Source of the DNA: Hydrolagus affinis
Lineage: Eukaryota
NCBI GenBank assembly: GCA_012026655.1
Contig: JAAILG010000145.1
Span: 1-64,000 of the forward strand
Length of the DNA stretch: 64,000 nt
Direction: 5' to 3'
Part shown: positions 26,543 through 39,051 of the stretch, in pieces
Layout of the letters: every line of letters begins with the position of its first letter
Position numbering within the stretch: the first letter of the stretch is position 1
Program-made: the position numbers and the translations under genes
The notes under the pieces: generated by a model
Databases searched by the model: none
The model's input: the letters and a program-made list of their open reading frames with translations, nothing else
Told to the model about the DNA's origin: nothing

Positions 26543-28214
26543 AGTGGGGTTAGGGGAGAAAGAAAATCAATATTTTGAGCAAAATCTCAAATTTGCAGGA
26601 AAGTTTACAGAAATGATCTCAGGATTATCTGGTTTACACCATTCTGAGTGGTCCCTAAGGAATAATTGCACAAACCTGAGATTCATCAGGACAAATTATC
26701 CGCACATTATTTTAATTTGAAAGTCTTATTATGTTTGAGGTTTAATTCTCTCATTATGATTATCAACACTCAAATTCTAAATGAAAAATGGGATCCTGGA
26801 TGTGCTCTGGCATATGTGAGAAATCTTTATGAAACAAACATCCTGAGGAGAGACCTCGAGTATATGAAGTCTTAAAATATCCCCCAAGCAGCATGATTTA
26901 AAAACCTCTATCTAGGGAATCGGCCGCAGATATTTGTGAACATTTATGGATATAGACTTTTGATCTGAGTTGACACAGGAAGGTTCAAGAAATAATTCTG
27001 TTGAATGAACCAATAGTTCGGTGATCTCAAATTTGTTCTGACCGTTCATAGTAAACCACTGTCATCCAACAGGCTAGATAAAAGTATGGTGACTCCAATC
27101 AAGCTGCAGCCATACTAACCACCTCAATGGAAACAACAGTACATGGAGGAACAGCTGGACCAGATGTTGGCTGAGCCATTCAGTGGTATTTGCTTAATCT
27201 TTATAGATATTGCACATTGTTCTCAACCCAAGAAAACCCATCATCTCGCTTTTGTATTCACTTAATATCAATTAAACACACAGTCCAAAGGATGTATTGC
27301 AGCTGGCTCCGGAACACAATGATTTACTGTGTCCGATTTTAAGAAATTATCAACCCATCAAAATGTAGTCAGAGGCCTATTTTTGTTTTTGCCAAAAAGC
27401 ACACTGTGCTCATCGTATAACACAGGAAGACTCAAGATAACGAACAAGTAATGGAAATTACCTTGGTGTTACTCTGAACGAATTTTGATGACATTAGACC
27501 TGTCCTTTCTCAGGATGGCATCCCATGGCTTTAACCATTCTTCCTGGAAACAAATACCAGCTGTTAATTATCTTGTGTAACGTTGAAACAATGGATAAGC
27601 CATTGCTGTGGGAAACTGAACAGATTCTCAAAACGCTTTATTGGCTTCTTTGGAAAAAACGTGCACACAATTTCAAACAGATCTTCTTTTTTGGGTTTTA
27701 ATGCAACAAAATGAAAAAGTGAAGTCACGACAAATAAACTGACGTGTGAAATCCCGGAATATCTCTATTATGTTATGCTAACCCCACCAGATCCAGATCA
27801 TCATTGGTTAAATTAACCACAAGAAACCAAGAAAGTGTGAATGATTTTACAATAATGCCGCAAGACTCATGAACAGCTTACAAGAAACTGCATTTCAATT
27901 TGATAGAGTTCATACCTCAATGCAATGTGAAGAGCTGTGTTATTGCACCCAATCTTCAACTTTATTATTCAACTTTTGAAGGATGTTAAGGGAAAAGGAA
28001 TTTGGGTGTGTTTTTGTGATGGATTTCATGGCTGCGGCAAGAGAAATGTAGGTAATTGCTTGATAATATAATCCAATTTCTTCTAAATTAATTGTGCCAA
28101 TAAGGCTAGCAAAATACATCATGATCTAGATGTTCTCCTTCTCTTAGGGATATCAAACTGTCAGCATCTCTCCTAAACCCGTACATTAGGCATGCATTTT
28201 GAAATTAAAAGGGA

Positions 28215-28560
28215 TTTCTAAGGGTTGTGCGTATCTTTGATGGGTTAGCGCTGCAGCTTGTGAACCAGATTGGTTCGAATCCTGATCTGTGTTGACTTTG
28301 CTGGACTCAATTGGGGCTGGGCTGAATAGGAGTGGGGAGTAATCTGGTCCTAGTTTAAGGTCAAGGAAGGTAAAATCAGACAAGGTTTTTGTTCCTCAGC
28401 TTTTTTCAGCACTCTCTACTAGCAGTGCACCTGCAGCAGCCAGGAAGGGCGAGTCCTGTGATAGTGACCGCAGTCAGGCAGCCGTAATACCACACACCAG
28501 CAAGAGGAGGCTTAGGACCTGCACCAGAGAGTCATTTGCCAAAGGGGAAGATCATTTCAA
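28215..28560 (+). mobile_element. Old tRNA-headed SINE-like element
   Basis: Perfect B box GGTTCGAATCC at 28272-28282 with an A-box-like sequence upstream and a GC-richer body. Confidence 0.5.
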
Positions 28561-29677
28561 AAAAGACGCACTAAAATTTGAAACGCAATCGATTTTATAC
28601 AACGGCAAATTGGTGATATAATTATTATAATGTGTGTCTGTAATCCTGATCACAGCTGAACTGTGTAGCAGAGCATTGTGTGGGAGTGCCTGCGTACATC
28701 TCAGGAAAAGCTGGGAGACCGAACTAATGAGCTGATATTACAGAGAAATGGGAATAAAGGCAGAAGTGTGTCATGAGCGGTGGCCAGTCAGTGAAGAATA
28801 AACAATAAGTGATACAGAGTTTAGGAGATGGATGGTCCCGAGTGAGCAACATTCTGGAATGGAATAGGAATAAATGTAGAATAGAAAGTAAAATGTGGAA
28901 ATCGTGGAAAAGATAGAGAGAAAATGATTAAAATGGAAACAAACTACGAAGTAGAGTACTTTCCTGGCTAAAGGGATTGCAGAAAATAATATGAGGATGA
29001 TAAGGAAAAAAAAAGTTTTAGTTTTTTCCATTGAAAAGACTTAAAGGTTGAAAAACATAACAGTTGAAATAATGGAGAAACGGTTGACCGAGGTAATCAG
29101 ACTTGATGGTCTATCCCGAAGAAGAAACAAAAATCCTTTGAAGTAAGGTCTAGAAGTGTGGGTTCACCAATCTGTGACTGGGCTGAATATTGCCCCAAAT
29201 AGGAGGGGACCTGGAATTGCTAACTAGCTCCTCCTTGGACCTTAAAGTAGCTAGAGCTGCATAACCCGACCAGGTTGTGTGGAAGTCTGTGGGATTCTCA
29301 CCTCCTGTGTGTGGCTGAGATGACGAGGCAACCTGGTGCCGAAGATCTTCAGGCAAGGACTGCTGAGTAGGTAATTACAATTGCATCAAACTTCCTGTTT
29401 CAAAAGGGTGATCCTTTCCTGCATTCATTTAAGAGTACCAAATCTTTCTTGTTGGTTCAATAATGTGCCTTAATAGTTTCAGGTGAAAAATATATATTTT
29501 TTTCACATTTAAATTGGAGCTTAAGGGTTCAAGAAACAAATTTAAATCGTCGCCATGTCCCTGCAACAAAATACTGTACATATTTTCTTATGGCTTCAAC
29601 CAGCAGGAAGGATCTGATCTCACTTTGTGTTATGCTATTTACAACAGTCATTGCAATTGTTTTAAATATTTTTGTAG

Positions 29678-29873
29678 CCCAAGATACTACGGCCAGCTTT
29701 ACTACCGGGTGAGGAGTTTGTCGGTGAGGTACTTCGTGTGGTCCTGGACCCCGACGGCCGAGAGGAAGCGACCGGAGGAACTTTAGGAGGACCACACATC
29801 CTACCTGCAGAGGGGGCCTTGTTTCTCACAACACACAGAATTGTTTTCAAGGGCACGCCACATGATCCCTTGG
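29678..29873 (+). CDS. SBF2: SBF2 exon, GRAM domain ([15 protein letters not shown]...GTPHDPL)
   Basis: tttgtag| ... |gtaagg, 196 nt, phase 0-1. Confidence 0.96.
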
Positions 29874-31317
29874 GTAAGGACAAAATTGTTTGTAATTCTT
29901 TCCATTTATAGCTTTAGGAATTCAACATATGTAATTAATTAAGCAGCGAGGAATTTGTGATACAATGCTGCATTTCCACCCAACTATGTTTTTTTTAATA
30001 TAAATGGCTTTTGGGCAGGGGGGTGGGAATGTTCACCACACCACCAACCGCTTATAAGTGATTCTCTGCAGTTGGTCACGGGGATGTTTTGAAAATCTGT
30101 ATGAATAGGTAAACAATTGGGATACAATAAATAATTTGAAGTGACATTGGTAAAATGCAAGCCATTTGTTAGAGGTTAATGGTTATATATTTCTAACGTC
30201 ACATATTCAATTACGTTTTGTCATCTCACAGCAAGTGAGCTGGCAGTGCTGCTTATATTCAGCATTTTGTGAACCTTGAGATCCACATTTTCATGGCTGT
30301 AACCAGATTTATAAATCAAGATTGCTTATAGTACTCCAGTCTCCAATTAACATTTTAAGTTTCTCACGATTTGAAGTTGGGGTTTCAGGGGCAGTCTAAA
30401 ATGATAAAACTGCTCAATTTTTCATCCTTTCAGAAAATACGAATAGGTTCAGACTGAACAATTGCGCCACTGTACATAATTATGTCGATAAGGGCCAGGA
30501 ATAGGGGAATGTGGTCTTGAGGAGGGATGACAGGAGATTTGAATGGTGGATTAAAAGACTATTTTAAAGTTCTTGCTTGTTTAAGTTTGCACTTCAGGGA
30601 GCTATTACTTGGGTTAATATTTTAGAGACTGGTGAGCAAGTGGGCTTGATGTGCCAAAAGGCCTGTTTATGTTCCATGCTTATGGCTATTTTAACATATT
30701 CCATATGTTCTTGTGATGTCTCAAGTTGCATTTCCACACAGCAAAGTAATTTATACCCCTGATGTAACACAATTATTGTAGCAACAAAATACAGCACATT
30801 TACAACACCAAGGAGAATGTCATTTTAGATCAGTGTAAAGGAATAAGAAACACTTTTACAGTACATAGTTTTTTTTATACACGTTTAAAGAAATATTAAA
30901 ATATGCATATGTTGAAATGGAAAATCTAAGATCAAGTCAGTTTCTTACTACAACAACAACTTGCATTTATATAGTGCCTCTTACTAGCCTTGGGGTGTGG
31001 AGTGCCATTTCAGTGAATTAATTCCTGGGGGAAAGCGGGGGGGTAAAATGTGGAATATGTGAAATGTGCACCATAAAATTAGAGGCAAAGTTAATATGGA
31101 TGTTTAAGAGACATAACTACTGTATTTGGATTGCAGATATTTTAAAGGGTAATGTGAAAGGGTGAGGTGCTAGGATTAAAAGATGTACCAAATTTTTATA
31201 AACTTGTGGAACAGGCTTGATGGGATGAATGTGTTACTCCTGCTCCTATCTCCCTATGTCCCTCAGTGTTTGTTGGAGCATTTAAGGTTAATGTTTTCCT
31301 TTATGAATCCTGTGTAG

Positions 31318-31445
31318 TGGGTGAACAGGTGGTGGTTCGAAGTTTCCCTATCGCATCTATGACAAAGGAGAAAAAGATCAGCATACAAAACCAACTCCAT
31401 CAGAACACGCAAGAAGGACTACAAATCCGATCAGCTACCTTTCAG
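31318..31445 (+). CDS. SBF2: SBF2 exon ([20 protein letters not shown]...SATFQ)
   Basis: gtgtag| ... |gtctgc, 128 nt, phase 1-0. Confidence 0.95.
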
Positions 31446-32136
31446 GTCTGCTTTATTTGCACATTAAGTAGTACATTAAAGCTTTCGAAACTTGGTTCAT
31501 ATGATTTTTGTTACTAAACTAATCTGTTTGAATAGTCCAGTAGTATACTGTACCAATTGTTGCTGTGTTTGGCAATAGAAGTCATTAGCAGTGATGCTTT
31601 CCTTCAATAACAACAGCAACTTGCATTTATATAGCACCCTGGGTGTGATTCTAGTTTTGCTTAAAAAGCTGCTCTAATTTTTACTTTCTGCTTTCATCCA
31701 CCTCACAAGGTGAAAACTGCACTCAATTTTTTTTTATTCCATAGCAGTGGAGTGAAAAAAATGACTGCTCACTAAAATCGCATATGCCAATGTATGAGCA
31801 ATGGGGAAAGCTGTGTGGCGGCTGATCATGCAGTTGTACTTAATGTTGTTGTCCAATTATTGTTAAACGAGCTACCTGCAGGTATTTCATAAAGAAAACA
31901 CCTGGATCATTCCCTTGATTTATTTTTATTAGTCTAACTCTAAGGTCAAAATCTAAATTCTAAATCTTGTAGGCAGAGATCACCAATAAATTTTTTAAAA
32001 CATCTTTGAAGATTTATCTAATTATCTGAAATGTTGCAGATAAATAGGTAGCCTTCCCTCATCAGAAGTAGCAACTTTCATAAGCTCAGCAATATATACT
32101 AAAAAGCAATAAAATGATTCTGTCTTACTTTTGCAG

Positions 32137-32312
32137 TTAATTAAAGTAGCTTTTGATGAAGAAGTGAACTCTGAAATGGTGGAGGTCTTCAAGAAGCACA
32201 TCGCAAAGTTTCGATATCCTCAGTCGTTCTTCAGCATTTTTGCCTTTGCTGCAGGTCAGAATGCACCACAGATCATTTTGCCCAAGCAAAAGGAAAAAAA
32301 TACTTCTTTTCT
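32137..32312 (+). CDS. SBF2: SBF2 exon ([10 protein letters not shown]...KEKNTSF)
   Basis: ttgcag| ... |gtaagt, 176 nt, phase 0-2. Confidence 0.95.
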
Positions 32313-32417
32313 GTAAGTGTGAACACGAGCAAAAAAACATGCACAAACATTGCCTTGTTCAAGTTTTACATTTAAGTTCAGATTTTGCTGCTAACACTTT
32401 GTTAAACTGATTTTCAG

Positions 32418-32572
32418 CACCTTTTCGAAGACGATCGTGAAAAGCGCAAGGAAGGCTGGAAAAATGACTATAGGCCGTCAGTATTCTGTGAAGAAGAAAT
32501 TAAGTCTAATGACAGTGGATGAAAGAACCAATCGAACTGGTTGGAGTCAGAATGAGGAAGATGAAATCTCTG
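32418..32572 (+). CDS. SBF2: SBF2 exon (TFSKTIVKSARKAGKMTIGRQY...EEDEIS)
   Basis: tttcag| ... |gtaaaa, 155 nt, phase 2-1, after a 105-nt intron. Confidence 0.94.
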
Positions 32573-32648
32573 GTAAAATGGAGGCACATTCAGTCGTTCA
32601 GTTTATATAAATGTCTAGATCATGTTCAATAAGTAATTGATGCTAGAT

Positions 32649-32748
32649 NNNNNNNNNNNNNNNNNNNNNNNNNNNNNNNNNNNNNNNNNNNNNNNNNNNN
32701 NNNNNNNNNNNNNNNNNNNNNNNNNNNNNNNNNNNNNNNNNNNNNNNN
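32649..32748. other. Assembly gap (100 N), followed by a poly-C run
   Basis: Seen directly. Exon phases match across the gap (1-1) and the peptide is continuous, so no constitutive exon appears to be missing. Confidence 0.99.
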
Positions 32749-33492
32749 TTCCCCCCCCCCCCCCCCCTCAGCACCAGCCCACTGTTTATAAAGGTAGAAT
32801 CTCGTGACATCCTTGACAATAATATAAAATAGTGGTCACAGCTCCTATGAACAGCTTTTTTCAATAAAATTAATTGCACATTCAATTTCGATCACACACA
32901 TGATACTTGGATTTTTATCGAAACCAAAACCTAATGCCTTGATGTGATAGAAAAGTGAAAGATGGTTTAGAACAGTTTTAGAATTAAGTGATTCCCAAGA
33001 GAAGCAAATGAAAAAGAACTGTATTTTAAGGTACCAAAAAAAAATACCTAAGGTTTTGGAAAGTATTTTCAGTTTTAACAGTTGGAAAAGGCAATTTGAT
33101 CTATGCCAGAAACAAATCTACTAGGTTAAATGGTCTAACCACAAAATGTTATAAGATATGATTTTTCCACCTTGGGCCTAATTCATCGGAAATCTTCAAT
33201 TGGTTTGGATGCCAAACACAACTTCCTGATACAATAAAATGTAGTCACATTAATGCTACTTCTTCCTCTTTCCCCCTCCCATAATGGAAAAAGAATGTTA
33301 ATTTCATCAGATCCTAACCTGGATCAATGATCAGGTCAATCCCCTGAATGGGAGGTACACATCAGATAATGTTAATAAGAAAGATAAAGCAAACAGAATC
33401 GACTTCTGGTTATGGCTGCTTTCTCAGATGCTAAGAAAACCTTTAATGAAATGGAATAAATGGCTTATTACGTTGCTTAAAGTTTAAAACTT

Positions 33493-33703
33493 TGCAACAA
33501 CAACAAAACATTACACTTGTCAAGTGCCTTTCACGTCAGGAGGACGTCCTGAGGCTTTGTTATAGTTATGCATTTCTACATTTGATAACATGGTTGCAAC
33601 ATCATCCAAGACAAAAATATTTAAATTTTTAAACGTGTGCTCCAACCTTTTGGGACGTCCTCCTGACGTAAAAGGAGCTTTACAAATATCATATGTTGTT
33701 GCA
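33493..33703. mobile_element. Two L2 tails in inverted orientation
   Basis: 33493-33550 (-) and 33652-33703 (+). Confidence 0.8.
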
Positions 33704-34791
33704 CCTCCAAGTTTTGTGGTCCAGGAAGGAACTAATTGCATTTTACATAAGCATATTACTACAATCTTTTTCTCCCATCCCAAATTAGTTTTTTAAGAAA
33801 TGGGACAAATTGAGAGATTGTCACTATGAAGCTTTGTTTTGCTTAAACTTCACTTGTTACCCTTGTTATTATCGAGAAGGAAAATAATTTGACCTTGTAT
33901 AGATGTCCAGCACATTACAAAACTGAATCTCCATATGTTGCAAATTTTAATGTTACCTAAGCAGGTAGCAATGTTTCTGATGAAAGGTAGATAGGACCAG
34001 CTCTTAAGGGAATGCTTAAGAGATGGATAAGGTACACTCATCCCATGTATGACATAGAAACCGTATAAAGCAAAATTAATATTTATAAATTGGAGATAAA
34101 TCAAACAAACAAAGTGTTGTTTACCAAGTCACCAATTACTCTGTGTAGCCTAATGAGTTGGGAGCTTTCTTTAACTATGTGCTTCCTCTTTGGAATGAGC
34201 CCAGTCAGTTTGGACAGGAGAGGAGTTCGGCTGCATTTACATCCTTAAGCGATCTCTCAGCAAGCACAAAGTTTGGCAAAGATGTTATTCTTCCAGATCT
34301 GAAGCAAATTTGGAGAAATCACTATTTAGCAGCAAAACAAATGCCTAAAAGTTCTGCAAGCAACAAGCCAGCCAGTAGTCTGATTTAACAGTTGATTGTG
34401 GTTATATAGAGCCAAGAAATGTATGCAGGCAGTTAATTAGAAGAAGACAGCAGTTAAATTGAAAAAAATAAATCTTGTAAGTTAGCAACTGGAAGGATTC
34501 GCAATACCATAGAACCCTGCTATAATGGACTTCATTATAATGTTTTTGTTTTTGTTTCAGATTTCCAGCACATGTAGTATTTTGTGTTTTGTTCATTATA
34601 ATGGGGGTGGGGGCAGAGGTGGTTTCACTTAGAGTGCAATCGGGATGTGTAAAATCTAAAAGGTATCTGCCAGCTTCTTTGGCATTGCATTATCTCCTCA
34701 CCTGGTCAGTTCATTTAGCTAGGATATGCGCAATGAGGATACCAATAGAATGTGGTTGTTTTAACCTTCTCTGTATTGTTGCATCTGATAG

Positions 34792-34990
34792 TTTCAGATG
34801 ATGGTGAACTTCCCACCAGTAGCACTTTGAAAGCTGCAGAAAAATCAACCATGGAGCAGTTAGTGGAAAGAGCTTGTTTCCGAGACTACCAGCGCCTTGG
34901 TCTTGGAACTATTAGTGCAAGCTCCTCTCGGTCAAAGACTGAGCACTTCAGGATAACTGCTGTCAATCGGATGTATCTATTGTGCCGAAG
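34792..34990 (+). CDS. SBF2: SBF2 exon ([14 protein letters not shown]...RDYQRLGLG...YLLCR), start of myotubularin domain
   Basis: gatag| ... |gttggt, 199 nt, phase 1-2. An in-frame alternative acceptor lies 6 nt downstream. Confidence 0.93.
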
Positions 34991-35769
34991 GTTGGTGGAT
35001 TTCTTTCTATTCTGCAATCAAAATCTGAAGAATAGTTTGTCCATGTCACAGGCAATTCTAACGCTCTGGCAATCGGTAGAATTTTCTTCACTTGAGTCAC
35101 ACTGTTCAAGTTAATCAGACAGCTGGCGTGTTACCAACAAAGATTCGAAGTTATTTTTATGCAAGATTGGGACCACAGCAAGAGGCATTTCACAGAGAGA
35201 TTGAGACACGGACAGCTAATTTAACAAAGCTACAAAGTAAACTGTGATGTGATAAATGGATCACTGCTCCATGGAAAAACCTTTGAGGATTCAATGTGGT
35301 ATTTTGTTAGGAAAATCATTCATGCAAGTAAGTACTTGACTTGTGCTCAACAGAGTGTTAGAAGACTTTTCTGGAACAATTTCTCACTGATAAGATAATG
35401 TTTCTTTCTTACTTTTGGACCCAATGTTGGCATTGACATGCAGCAAAAACCTCCTTATAAGCTTTTCCCAATCATTGTTTACACTAGATGAACTGCCCTG
35501 TATGTGGGAGGCAGCCAAGGTAACACAAAAAGCAAATTACATGTAGCTGAATAGTAAACTTGTGTGTTCTGAATACAATTGAACCTCCAGTATGATGCCA
35601 AATAATTGTACTTCATCAGTTTCTCTCAATGTAAAGGCTTTCAAAGTAAGCGGTTGTCAAATGCTTGTGGTATTTGTAAGAATTGGACCAACTTGGAAAA
35701 TTATACAGTCTAAATGGTGCCATTTAAAACGGTAGAATTTAAGAATCAAGAATCGTGCGAAAGTATAGC

Positions 35770-35922
35770 TTCAAGAGGAAGGGTATGGGAGGGAGTACAA
35801 TGGAGAGGGGAATGGAAGGGTATGGGAGGGAGTACAGGGTGGATGGAGATTGGGGTAGATTATAAACATCGGCACGGAGCAGTTGGCCCAGTGGCCTGTA
35901 TCTGCTATAAATTCTTTGTAAA
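35770..35922 (+). mobile_element. CR1 3' tail
   Basis: gaagggtatgggag duplicated..gtagattataaacatcggcac..gttgggcc..tggcctgt..tgct..aaattct. Confidence 0.6.
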
Positions 35923-36569
35923 TCTTAAGAATAATCGCTTAGAAAAAAAAATGATGTCATAAATCATTGTGTTTACTCCAGAGCACTGGTGATGACAGAC
36001 TAGCCAGCCTGGCTCGTCAGCAGGAATTAACAGGCAGACCAGTCACTGGAAGTTGGGATTCTTCACACTCAGCTCCGCTTAACCCACAACCCAAATGACT
36101 AGGATGCCCCTAGCTGGACAGGCAGTGGGAAGCTTGTCAGACAATGTTCTCAAGTGCAAACTATGTTGTTTTGGCTAGTTGAGCCGCAGAAATACCATGG
36201 TGCAGAATCTAGGGTACCCATTCCTTGCCAATCTGCGCCTATTAATGCAAGGATTATTATTAGTTTCAAATTCAATAAGCATTGTGTTCCCTCTAGGGAG
36301 AGAGAGTGTGCATTCCATTTAAGACAAAGGATAATTTCAGTGTTATTATGGCATACATATGTGCCTCTCTTAAGCGTGGTGATGGGTTTCAGCATTTGTC
36401 ACATCACCCAACTGACCACACACATTACCTCTTAATTGCCATCATATATCCAATGCTCTAGGAGGGTGGGACTGGTGCCTTTAAACATCACAAATGCTTC
36501 AGTTTTTGTCGGAATGCACATTACTTTGCTTTGTTGAGGCTTTGTTAGCTCCAAATTGTTCTATCTGCA

Positions 36570-36752
36570 CAGTGTTTTCTGTGAAGCATTTTGAGACATC
36601 TAGAAGACGTGAAATGCGCTATGTCAAATGCATGGGCTTATTATTATCTGGTTGCCCGCAAAAGACCCTGCACTTTACAGTATATCCTGTGAAGCACTTT
36701 GAGATGTCCTCCCAATGTGAAAGGCATTAAACAAAACGTTAGGATTATTATT
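36570..36752 (+). mobile_element. Two tandem SINE/L2 3' tails
   Basis: ctgtgaagca.tttgaga..gtgaaa..attatta occurs twice. Confidence 0.75.
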
Positions 36753-37064
36753 TGAAGTTGGTACAGCTCGAGCATTGAGCAATTCAACTGTTTCCTTCTG
36801 GAATTTTTATGGTCGACTTTACACTGTGGCAGTATAAATTTGGCGTGCGAGTTCACTGATGAGATTTGTTCTTAGATGGAATATTCATCTGGTTTGGATC
36901 AAATTTGCCTAACAGCAAATTGTGTTCAATGAACTCCGCAAAGTTAACAACATTTTTTCCTTCATGCATCTTCTCCCTTTATCTCTAAGTATTCTGCAGT
37001 GTATTTCCAGGGAATTCATTGGTTTCAGTTCCTCAAATCTATCTCGAGTCATTGCTTCGCTTGT

Positions 37065-37384
37065 AATAATAATGATAATAATAATTCTTGCATTTGATAT
37101 AGCGCTGTTCACATCTTATCAACGTCTCAAAGCGCTTCACAGAATATACTGTAAAGTGAATTGACTGTATATTTGTGGGCGAAACACGGCAGCCAATTGT
37201 GTATCCAACAAACAGGCGTAGATTGAAATGACCAATTTTATTATTGTGTGTTTTTTTGGAGGGATTATTATTAGATGTGTGTGGAGTAAGGAAACTTGCC
37301 CAAGGTTTTGCCTTGATCTGGATTTGAACACGGGTCTCGCGCTTGTAAGGTGACTGCTCTAACCACTGAGCTACAGGAGCTCCA
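37065..37384 (-). mobile_element. Full-length tRNA-derived SINE
   Basis: Reverse complement of 15689-15999 including the head ctcctgtagctcagtggttagagc. Confidence 0.9.
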
Positions 37385-37912
37385 TCTAAATCCCAGCAAT
37401 TAGATGGCGTGTGTTGGAACCTGGACTGCATGTTATTTGTTTCCTCCTTCGTCAAAATTCCCAAGAAGCAGTCATTTCACAAGCATGTAGAATTCAGAAT
37501 TTAGGAGTCCTCTCCAACTATGTGCTACAATTGGAACAAACCACTGATGCTAATGTGTTGGGAGAAGGGAGCCAGTTATCGTTTTTCTTTGATAATTGAA
37601 GCATGTTTTTAATGGATCAGACTAACATTTGACTTCTGCAGACACAACCAAGCTAGAGGCAAAATAGATTTTTCTTCTTTAATTTGGTTGCTTTTGAAAT
37701 CATCAAAGTGAGTTTAGGTATGACTAGATTTTTATACAACGTGGTTCATAATGTGACTGGAGAGAGGAAATATTTAAAGGTTTTGTGACACATGGCTGAC
37801 GACACCACAAAGGACCAATGGAAAGACAACTTTTTATAACTGGTTCAGTTTAAGTTTGACAATTGAAGGGTTGGGGGGCTGCAATATTATGAGAACTAGC
37901 GGAATGATTGAA

Positions 37913-37930
37913 TACTGCCATCTAGTGTTT
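37913..37930 (-). promoter_or_regulatory. Candidate CTCF site
   Basis: Minus strand ACACTAGATGGCAGTA. Confidence 0.4.
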
Positions 37931-38279
37931 AACAAAGTGGTGTTTGTCTTTTTTTTCTAAAAAGTGAAATGTTATAAATTTTAGGCAGTAAATCAGCAAT
38001 GTTTTGACCCCAGAGAGCATTCTTATAGCATACTTTTCTCTTCATTGTAATTACTTGTGAGATGCTGAATGTTAAGAGTTTCGAGAGGTAAAACGTTCCC
38101 ACAATTTATTTGGAAGATTGTTAATCAGGACCTTAGGACAAAGTTGCTTCTTATTTCACATAGTCATGGGAACCTGAAATATTGACAAGGATTGGAAATC
38201 AGGACCTTGTCTTTAGCGTCCCAACTTCTGACAGTTGGGTGGACAGTCCTGACACAGGCTACAGGTGAAATTATTCTTT

Positions 38280-38620
38280 GGTGGGTGGAGCGGCGTGTCA
38301 AACTCAGCTAAAGGATGGGTCCCCTTTAAGACAGGTGAGCCATTGGCTTGACTGACAGCTCCATTAGTCAATCAGAGGTGAGGCCGCCCCAATGAGTAGC
38401 CAAGAACAGAGTGGGTGGGCCCCAATGACAAATTGGGCGAGCGGCAAGTGGGCACTCGTGTGTGCCGATTGGGGGTGGGGTTGCTTGGGGCTGCGATCTT
38501 ACTTGGGGCTTTCCTAGTTCCCCTTAAAGAGGTGAGCTATAGATAGACTACGACCCCTCTCGCCCGAGTCACTGACTGCCTGTGATTCCTAATGTGGTGT
38601 TTTGACCCAGAGGTAAGAGT
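38280..38620. promoter_or_regulatory. Intronic promoter-like GC-rich island with five CCAAT boxes and GC boxes
   Basis: ATTGG 38342, CCAAT 38389, CCAAT 38422, ATTGG 38432, ATTGG 38468, plus ggccgcccc and gggggtgggg. Locally CpG-enriched. Confidence 0.5.
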
Positions 38621-38854
38621 GATAACAACAGAGTAAAGCTGACACCGATAAGGATATTACTAATCCTTTCTCTAATGAGATTCATGGATTTTTTACATGC
38701 AGCATCCTTTCAGTAAGCAATCCTTGATTGGACAGTGCAAATCTTGCGGCCAACGTCCTTCCAGCTGTAATTTGTTGTATTTCGTTATTAATGTTCCATT
38801 GAGATACAAACAGTCTTAACTGAGTCACCTTTCCTGTTTCTGTTTGGGTTGTAG

Positions 38855-39051
38855 CTACCCTGGACTCGTGGTGATACCTCAGTCAGTACAAGACGCCAGT
38901 TTACAAAAGGTGGCTCGTTGTTATCGGCACAACAGGCTGCCGGTCGTTTGCTGGAAACACTCCAAAACAAAGGCCGTGCTGCTGCGGTCCGGTGGATTTC
39001 ACGGAAAGGGAGTTGTTGGACTCTTCAAATCCCAGAATCCACACCCAGCTG
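38855..39051 (+). CDS. SBF2: SBF2 exon ([14 protein letters not shown]...FKSQNPHPA)
   Basis: ttgtag| ... |gtgaga, 197 nt, phase 2-1. Confidence 0.96.

Noticed and set aside
27000-27650. Minus-strand 'ICFQEEWL', similar to a LINE endonuclease motif
   Set aside because: Single short motif among stops; too weak to call
28230-28300. Possible tRNA gene (perfect B box)
   Set aside because: No cloverleaf pairing and no nearby terminator; better explained as a SINE head
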